Shown here piece after piece: positions 57,928 through 64,000 of a stretch of DNA of 64,000 nucleotides. The translations under genes and the position numbers were made by a program. The notes beneath the pieces are model-generated. The model saw nothing but the letters and a program-made list of their open reading frames with translations. It had not been told where the DNA came from and searched no databases. Each line of letters starts with the position of its first letter. The stretch's first letter is position 1. Origin of the DNA: Nostoc sp. (GTDB lineage: Bacteria > Cyanobacteriota > Cyanobacteriia > Cyanobacteriales > Nostocaceae); NCBI RefSeq assembly GCF_036919675.1, contig NZ_JBALCP010000054.1, forward strand, positions 9,501 to 73,500, given 5' to 3'.

Positions 57928-59301
57928 AATTATTCTTTATTGACGATATTAATAGCAATTTAATGGACTAAGCATATTTAATTGCTCTTTCTCTGGGATG
58001 AATATTTTCAAACTCTCTCCTCAGATAGAGTGGGTAATTTAAATAATTTCTACCAATTAATCAATTGCCAATAAAGCCATTTAAGACTATAAGAAGACAA
58101 TATTTTATATTAAGTTAATTAAATATATTTAAATTTTATGTTGATGATATTGAATAATCCAGCCAAATTTAAATAAAATTAAATTTACTATAATCCCTAC
58201 ATAACTGAAAAAATCTTAGTTTAAAATTAAAAATATTCAATCATTAATATAGTAATTTTGGACTTTTTCAATATCTGCGATCGCTAACAATAATATCTTT
58301 TCAATCTCTTGCTGCACTGTTAGAGTTATACAAGCAGCGCTATAGCGATTCTCATTTGAATCAGATATCAAGGTAGGACACGGCATTGCCGTGTCCTACC
58401 TTGTATCTGTGTTCATCTGTGATTAATTATTTTTTCTGTATCTTACCCATGCGGGAACCGCTATATTAAAGCAATCTACCAGTAATTTATTGATATCTTA
58501 ATATTGCTGAAGCAATTCTTTTTGCGGTTCGTTAAACTGCCCATAACCAATATTGTGATACTTAATCAGCATATCTCTTAATTGTTCATCCCAGGCTTTA
58601 CCAAGAGGACTCAAGGTATGGCCAGATTTGGAGACTTGGGGAAATTGTTTCCCTATCCCAATGCACAGGCGGCAACCCGATGCGGGTTTAATGTAAAAGC
58701 ACCAACTTTTGGTGGCTTTCAATCAGGTGGGGTTCCAATCTCAATCTGCAAGACTCCCCTTCGCCAGATTAAGATCTGACAAAAATTTTGGCAAAACTGG
58801 CAACATGACCCTTAGCTTGCCGCCAGTCCAAGACTTGTCATAGTCTTATGCTGAAACTTGTAGTATACTATATGCTTAAGAGGGTAGCTACATGTAAATG
58901 CACGCTGAGTAAATTTTCGTAGACCCTGTTCAAGAAGACATACCTGTTGCCTAGAGTACATTTGGGGAAATAGGAGTTTAGAATCTAGTTTGGCTTATAG
59001 CTTTGTTTGTGAGCCTTTGTAGATACCTAATTAATCAGGTAGTGCGTTACTCTTCCAAAGTTGTAGCAATTGCTGTGGTGTTTGTTATTTCTCTCGACTA
59101 TTTGCGGTTATGGAGATGGTCTTCAATTACACTCATCTTCACTATAAAAGTTTATGATTATACAATAAAAATTAAAAATTTTACAAAAATCATCCAATAA
59201 TTATATATTCTATAAGCATTAGATGATTGAAGTTTTCATATTTATGGAAAATTAATTGTACACAAGTACTACAGTAGCGATAGTACTCAGCATAGACGCG
59301 T

Positions 59302-60099
59302 GTGAATACATTCTCAACAGAAACACCTCAAGCAAAACTGGCACAACAGCAAATCGCCCAATCCACAATAGGCAGCATTATGGTTATGGTTTCTGAGACT
59401 ACTCCCAAAATTCTGATCGTTGATGACGACTTCGGTGTCCGAAATCTCGTGTATCGTTTTTTAAGTCGGAAATATCAAATAGAGTCGGCAGCAGATGGTA
59501 AGACTGCCTTGTCGTTGTTTGAGCAATTCAATCCAACTTTAGTAATTCTGGATTGGAATTTGCCCGATGTTAATGGTTATAGCCTCTGCCAAGAAATGCA
59601 GAGTCGTACTAATGTTTTAGTGCTGATACTGACTAGTAGGACTGACGAGGCTGATAAAATTAAAATCTTGAGCGCAGGTGCTGATGATTTCATGACTAAA
59701 CCATTTAGTCTTGCAGAAGTTGAAGTTAGAGTAGAAGCTCTTTTAAGGCGGATACGCTACATCAACCCCTCCCCAACACAACGTATTCTCTTTAAGCAGC
59801 TAGCAATTAACCCAGAGGGTCGGGAGGTAACACTTAATGATAGACCTCTGGCTTTAACAGCGCTGGAATTTAATATCTTACATTTTTTGGCAAGTCATCC
59901 TAATCAGGCTTGGAGTCGTCCACAGCTAATCCAAAAAATCTGGGGTTGCGACTACATAGGAGATGGCCGAGTGGTTGATGTGCATATTGGTCAGCTTCGT
60001 AAGAAGATGGAAGTCGATGCCAGCATACCGGAGTTTATTAAAACTGTGCGGGGCTATGGTTACAAGTTTGAAGCGCCCGACGAAAATACTGATTCCTGA
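59302..60099 (+). CDS. OmpR-family response regulator
   Basis: The receiver reads KILIVDDD...LVILDWNLPDVNG...KPF, and the winged-helix reads LTALEFNILHFLASHP...VRGYGYKF. The GTG start gives a ~30-aa N-terminal extension, and the true start may be an internal Met. Confidence 0.88.
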   Translation: MNTFSTETPQAKLAQQQIAQSTIGSIMVMVSETTPKILIVDDDFGVRNLVYRFLSRKYQIESAADGKTALSLFEQFNPTLVILDWNLPDVNGYSLCQEMQSRTNVLVLILTSRTDEADKIKILSAGADDFMTKPFSLAEVEVRVEALLRRIRYINPSPTQRILFKQLAINPEGREVTLNDRPLALTALEFNILHFLASHPNQAWSRPQLIQKIWGCDYIGDGRVVDVHIGQLRKKMEVDASIPEFIKTVRGYGYKFEAPDENTDS

Positions 60100-60119
60100 T
60101 CTTTCTGATTTCGGCAGTA

Positions 60120-60126
60120 CTTGATA
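60120..60126 (+). promoter_or_regulatory. CTTGATA heptamer, candidate rolling-circle double-strand-origin nick motif
   Basis: tctttctgatttcggcagtaCTTGATAataatg lies ~120 bp upstream of rep. CTTGATA is the conserved nick-site core of pC194/pUB110-type and phiX174 origins (from memory). A heptamer alone is weak evidence. Confidence 0.25.
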
Positions 60127-60247
60127 ATAATGAACGACTCAGATAAGTCAGCATTAGTCTTATTGCTTACTTAAATACTTTTACTGAGGCTTGACTGGAT
60201 AACTTGCGTTAATTTGGGACATTGATACAAACTGATTTAGTAATTTC

Positions 60248-61066
60248 GTGTCTGCTCAAGCCTCAGACAGTAACTTTATTGCTTTTAATATATCGTTTCA
60301 AGATAAGTTTCAACAAAATTCAAATATACAGAGCTTATCCGAAGTTTCGCCTATAGGTAAAATTTGGGACAAGCACAGAGCTAATACTGATAAACTCTTG
60401 CATTATTATGCCAAAGCAGACGAGCATTTTTTTCAGCAGTATGCTTGGCGCATGAGAATCTGTTCCGAGTTGCTGGAGTTTCAATTAGTGCCAGACGAAT
60501 CGGAAGGTATTCTCAAGTTAAAGCTATCAGATGCCCGATTCTGTAGGGTTCGTCACTGTCCAATTTGTCAGTGGCGACGATCGCTCATGTGGAAAGCAAG
60601 GGCTTACAAAATTCTCCCACAGGTTGTCACTGATTACCCCAAGCACCGTTGGCTGTTTATTACCTTGACTGTAAAGAATTGCCAAATTAAGGAACTCAAG
60701 GATAACTTGGATTCGATAAATAAAGCTTTTAAGCGATTGACTGAGTTGAAAGCATGGCCTGCGAAAGGTTGGGTGAAGTCCACTGAAGTGACTAAAAGTA
60801 AAGATGGAGTCTCGGCACACCCGCATTTACATATTTTGGCAATGGTACCGCCTTCGTATTTCAGTCATGGCTATCTTTCTTATGCCAAATGGGTAGCGTT
60901 GTGGCAGCAGTGCTTACGGATTGATTACCAGCCAATTATTCATACTAGCGCGATCGCAAAGCATCATAACCCCTCACTACTTATCCCAGAAATTCTCAAG
61001 TATCAGGTGAAAGAGTCAGATTTGGTGGGTGATAGAGAATGGTTTCTAGAGTTAACCCGTCAGTAA
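60248..61066 (+). CDS. rolling-circle replication initiator, pC194/pUB110 (Rep_1) family
   Basis: CRVRHCPICQWRRS, WLFITLTVKN, the HUH motif HPHLHIL and the catalytic EILKYQVKESD are present. Only ~19 aa follow the Tyr motif, so the C-terminus may be truncated. Confidence 0.85.
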   Translation: MSAQASDSNFIAFNISFQDKFQQNSNIQSLSEVSPIGKIWDKHRANTDKLLHYYAKADEHFFQQYAWRMRICSELLEFQLVPDESEGILKLKLSDARFCRVRHCPICQWRRSLMWKARAYKILPQVVTDYPKHRWLFITLTVKNCQIKELKDNLDSINKAFKRLTELKAWPAKGWVKSTEVTKSKDGVSAHPHLHILAMVPPSYFSHGYLSYAKWVALWQQCLRIDYQPIIHTSAIAKHHNPSLLIPEILKYQVKESDLVGDREWFLELTRQ

Positions 61067-61121
61067 TTTTTTACAAAGAATTTCAGATTGCTATATTAGA
61101 GCTAACGTTCGTTTAAGACCT

Positions 61122-61611
61122 ATGGAGAAAATTGTTCAAGAAGTCGAAAAATTAAACTCAGATTCTAGAACTGTTAAAACCGCGCATTATCTGGCTTTTC
61201 AAAAAAAGCAAGTTAAGCATAAAATTGTTGGTGGATGCATTATTATAATAAACATTATAATTCTTTCTCCTTTGCTTGAACTTTTAACGCTGAAATATAC
61301 GGTAATTTTTGTAAGATTTTTAGCTATTGTTTCCGCATCTTTAGCGGCATTTCAAACATTTATTTAATTATCAAAAAGAGATTGAATTACATCTAAGTGC
61401 TGGAGAAGCACATACAAGATTTTATCGTAAATCCAGATTTATTTTATCAAAATATACGGACAAATTAATAGAAAAAGATGGTTTTTTGAAAGAATCTGAG
61501 GACTTGCTTCAGGATTATCTTAATGCCAATAATACTTATAAAAGTTGTATCCCATCTAATAAAGATTATGATGATGCTGTTAATTCAAATGAAAAATGTA
61601 CTAAAAAATAA
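61122..61611 (+). pseudogene. SLATT-like 2-TM protein gene interrupted by a 1-nt frameshift
   Basis: Frame 0 (61122-61367) gives an N-terminal helix and two TM helices (IVGGCIIIINIIILSPLLELLTL, VIFVRFLAIVSASLAAFQTF). The frame from 61363 continues FNYQKEIELHLSAGEAHTRFYRKSRFIL... to the stop at 61609-61611. Deleting A61362 joins them into 162 aa. Confidence 0.5.
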
Positions 61612-61788
61612 TTGTTTTTTTGACAAAACAACGTCACAGTTTGCTCAGAGCAAACGCACGTCTAAATTACTCTTGATCACAACCAAGGTTAACAACCAAC
61701 GGAAAAATGAGCATTTCTCGTTTGGAGCAAAGCTGTACTTAAATACTTCTAATTAGTACTTGGTGAGAAGTTATATTTCTAGACATAA

Positions 61789-62883
61789 TCATTCATAATT
61801 TCTCTTAGCCAGCCTTCGACTAACCAACTCAGCTGCTAAATGTATTGCTGCTTTCATACTCGTAGCATCAGCAATTCCCTTACCCGCAATATCAAACGCT
61901 GTCCCGTGATCTGGTGAAGTCCGAACGAAAGGAAGACCAATAGAAGTATTAACTGCCCGATCAAACGCCATCAGCTTCACAGGAATTAAGCCTTGGTCGT
62001 GGTAAAGTGCCAAGTAGGCATCAGCAGGATTTTGTACTAAAGAATTTCCATACCAAGCTTGACCAGGCTTAACCCACATCGTATCTGGCGGTATCGGCCC
62101 ATCTAGCTGTAATTGTGGTCTATTTTGCCGCTCTTGCTCCAACCAGGGAATAAGCCAATCCTGTTCTTCATGTCCCAATTGTCCCTGTTCGCCACTGTGA
62201 GGATTCAAACCTGCGATCGCAATTCTCCCTCTATCTATGCCAAAATCTTTCTCCAAACACTCCACCAGCAAATCCAGTTTTTGTGTCAACAACTGCGGTG
62301 TCAATGTATCGGCTACTTGACGTAGGGGAATATGTGTGGTAGCAAGTAGAGCGCGGAGTATCCAATTAGTATGGGGCGATCGCGCTACAAATAACATCCC
62401 AAAACGGTCAACACCTGATTTTTGTGCCAAAAGTTCCGTTTGCCCTGGATAATTATATCCTGCGGCTTTCCAAGCAGATTTAGCAATCGGCCCGGTGACA
62501 ATACCATCAAATTTACCAGCGAGTGTTTGAGCGATCGCATATTCCATATAGGCAAAACTAGCCGCACCACTCGCTGCATTACCTATGCCGGTGATAATTT
62601 CACCTTTAATTTCCCCATCCAACTGCACATCGCTGATTGACAACTCGTCTGGATTTGCCAAAGCTGCTAAATTCTCAGTTAAATTCAGTTTGTGATAACT
62701 CTGTGCCAGCAAATCCCGGTTAGCCACCACTGTAACGTCATATTTTTTACTAATTTCCGGATCTGCTAAAGCTTTCAAAATCACCTCCGGCCCAATCCCC
62801 GCCGGATCTCCCACCGTCAGCACCAAACGCGGACGATTCTCTTTGCAAAAATTTACTAAATTATCTTGATTATTTTGATACAT
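61789..62883 (-). CDS. pdxA: 4-hydroxythreonine-4-phosphate dehydrogenase
   Basis: [17 protein letters not shown] and [15 protein letters not shown] are present. Confidence 0.92.
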   Translation of the reverse strand: MYQNNQDNLVNFCKENRPRLVLTVGDPAGIGPEVILKALADPEISKKYDVTVVANRDLLAQSYHKLNLTENLAALANPDELSISDVQLDGEIKGEIITGIGNAASGAASFAYMEYAIAQTLAGKFDGIVTGPIAKSAWKAAGYNYPGQTELLAQKSGVDRFGMLFVARSPHTNWILRALLATTHIPLRQVADTLTPQLLTQKLDLLVECLEKDFGIDRGRIAIAGLNPHSGEQGQLGHEEQDWLIPWLEQERQNRPQLQLDGPIPPDTMWVKPGQAWYGNSLVQNPADAYLALYHDQGLIPVKLMAFDRAVNTSIGLPFVRTSPDHGTAFDIAGKGIADATSMKAAIHLAAELVSRRLAKRNYE

Positions 62884-63089
62884 AAAATCTCTTCATAATT
62901 ATTATCATCAACTTTCCCAATTTCCCCATCTCCCTCTCTGCCAACAGTAGGGATTGCCCTCTAAACCAGTAGGGATTACCTGCTAAACTAGTTTAAAATT
63001 ATTTACACAGGTCTAATCCTACAGCAACTATTGAAAAGCTTCTGGTAGACCTAGTTTACACACCACTTTGCATAAGGAGAATCACACCA

Positions 63090-63194
63090 ATGGGCGGCGA
63101 AATTTTGGATGCAGCTCTATTGTCCTTCGGTTTAATCTTCGTGGGCTGGGGCTTAGGCGCTTTGTTACTGAAAATTCAAGGCACAGAAGAATAA
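63090..63194 (+). CDS. petM: cytochrome b6-f complex subunit 7
   Basis: It is below the ORF-track cutoff. The RBS aaggaga is followed by [34 protein letters not shown], which has the PetM signature ending KIQGxEE. Confidence 0.85.
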   Translation: MGGEILDAALLSFGLIFVGWGLGALLLKIQGTEE

Positions 63195-63210
63195 TCCCTA
63201 CAGTAATCGG

Positions 63211-63420
63211 CTATTGAGAGGGAAGAGGTTTTCCTTTGCCTTGAAAAGTTCTGTTCGCCTCAAACTGGCGTTCATACTTTTCGCTAATTGGGAAAAAAGC
63301 TTGTCCGTTTACCGGACAGCCATTTTCCCATGAGCCTATCCAAATAAATTGATTTTCTGAGAAAAGATGTAAACTTTTGTTTGCATAGGTTATTCTGATA
63401 ACATTCTTTTCATAAAACAT
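63211..63420 (-). CDS. hypothetical protein
   Basis: This is a 69-aa ORF between petM and the ycf39-like gene. No family was recognised. Confidence 0.3.
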   Translation of the reverse strand: MFYEKNVIRITYANKSLHLFSENQFIWIGSWENGCPVNGQAFFPISEKYERQFEANRTFQGKGKPLPSQ

Positions 63421-63440
63421 TAAAATTTATTACAACCCTC

Positions 63441-64000
63441 ATGACATTATTAATTGTCGGTGCCACTGGCACCTTAGGAAGACAAGTGGCTCGTCGTGCA
63501 ATCGATGAGGGATATAAAGTACGTTGTCTTGTTCGGAGCAGTAAAAAAGCAGCTTTTCTCAAAGAATGGGGTGCAGAACTCGTACCGGGAAATTTGCGTT
63601 ACCCCGAAAGTCTAGCGGAAGCATTGTCAGGTGTAACCCAAGTTATTGATGCGTCAACATCTCGCCCTACAGATTCACTGAGTATTAAACAAGTAGACTG
63701 GGACGGCAAAGTAGCATTGATTCAAGCTGCAAAAGCAGCGGGTGTAGAGCGTTTTATCTTCTTTTCGATTTTAGATGCTGATAAATACCCAGAAGTGCCG
63801 CTAATGGAAATTAAGCGATGTACAGAACTCTTCCTGGCTGAGTCTGGCTTGAATTACACCATCTTGCGGCTAGCTGGGTTTATGCAAGGATTAATCAGTC
63901 AGTATGGGATTCCGATTTTGGAAGCACAACCAGTTTGGGTGACTGGTAATTCTTCTCCCATCGCCTATATGGACACTCAAGACATTGCTAAGTTTGCTAT
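63441..64000 (+). CDS. ycf39: Ycf39/NmrA-like NAD(P)-binding (atypical SDR) protein, 3'-truncated by the window edge
   Basis: [33 protein letters not shown] carries the GxxGxxG motif. The frame is open to position 64000. Confidence 0.8.
   Translation, partial: MTLLIVGATGTLGRQVARRAIDEGYKVRCLVRSSKKAAFLKEWGAELVPGNLRYPESLAEALSGVTQVIDASTSRPTDSLSIKQVDWDGKVALIQAAKAAGVERFIFFSILDADKYPEVPLMEIKRCTELFLAESGLNYTILRLAGFMQGLISQYGIPILEAQPVWVTGNSSPIAYMDTQDIAKFA

Noticed and set aside
58498-58722. A 74-aa minus-strand ORF, and the antisense 65-aa ORF 58582..58779.
   Set aside because: The two ORFs are mutually antisense, with no RBS and no family resemblance. It may be a gene remnant, but that is unsupported.
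61523-61756. A 77-aa plus-strand ORF.
   Set aside because: It overlaps the C-terminal frame of the SLATT-like gene in a different frame within very AT-rich DNA. Its Lys/Ile/Asn-rich translation is typical of chance ORFs.
1-64000. The whole window was scanned for tRNA, rRNA, tmRNA and RNase P signatures (e.g. GGTTCGAATCC-type T-loops).
   Set aside because: No convincing T-arm or acceptor patterns, or rRNA-like conserved blocks, were seen. The ggttcaa strings at 1376 and 18983 belong to a dispersed repeat. tRNAscan-SE or Infernal would be needed to be certain.

Overview
This window looks like a chromosomal fragment of a filamentous, Nostoc/Anabaena-type cyanobacterium. The evidence is recurrent HIP1 octamers (GCGATCGC, e.g. 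608-615 and 2271-2278), heptameric STRR tandem repeats in many intergenic regions, GC-rich short dispersed repeats and small inverted-repeat (MITE-like) elements. Gene content agrees: rbcL-rbcX-rbcS followed by a Rubisco-activase-like gene with a C-terminal RbcS-like domain, plus petM and a ycf39-like gene. Most of the window is core metabolism and cell biology: galE, panB, trmFO, murF, lpdA, trpC, trpB, pdxA, a beta-carbonic anhydrase, SUI1, an ABC exporter, c-di-GMP and two-component signalling proteins, and M28 and CAP-domain secreted proteins. I recognised no rRNA, tRNA or CRISPR array. Three accessory patches stand out. (i) 2.7-4.4 kb holds a doc-type toxin-antitoxin pair next to an intact TIR-domain protein with an unassigned C-terminal domain. 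(ii) 14.4-17.6 kb is a decayed conflict-system island. It contains an IS transposase remnant with an in-frame stop, a 5'-truncated and frameshifted Mrr-NACHT-pentapeptide-WD40 (NLR-like) gene, a 26-codon caspase-like stub and a C-terminal remnant of a DUF1156-type gene. (iii) 60.1-61.8 kb holds a pC194/pUB110-type rolling-circle Rep gene plus a frameshifted SLATT-like 2-TM gene, bracketed by a 13-bp direct repeat. Other notable items are a histidine kinase whose N-terminus closely matches the plant ETR1 ethylene-binding domain, a divergent HupE/UreJ-like protein, and a short animal-haem-peroxidase-like protein. There is also a catalytically Cys-less rhodanese fused to 11-mer repeats, and an 87-bp duplicate of the SUI1 5' region flanking a 2.2-kb segment. 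The best candidates for something undescribed are the TIR protein and the Rep/SLATT module. Neither can be established from sequence alone, and all family assignments rest on motifs read by eye, not database searches.
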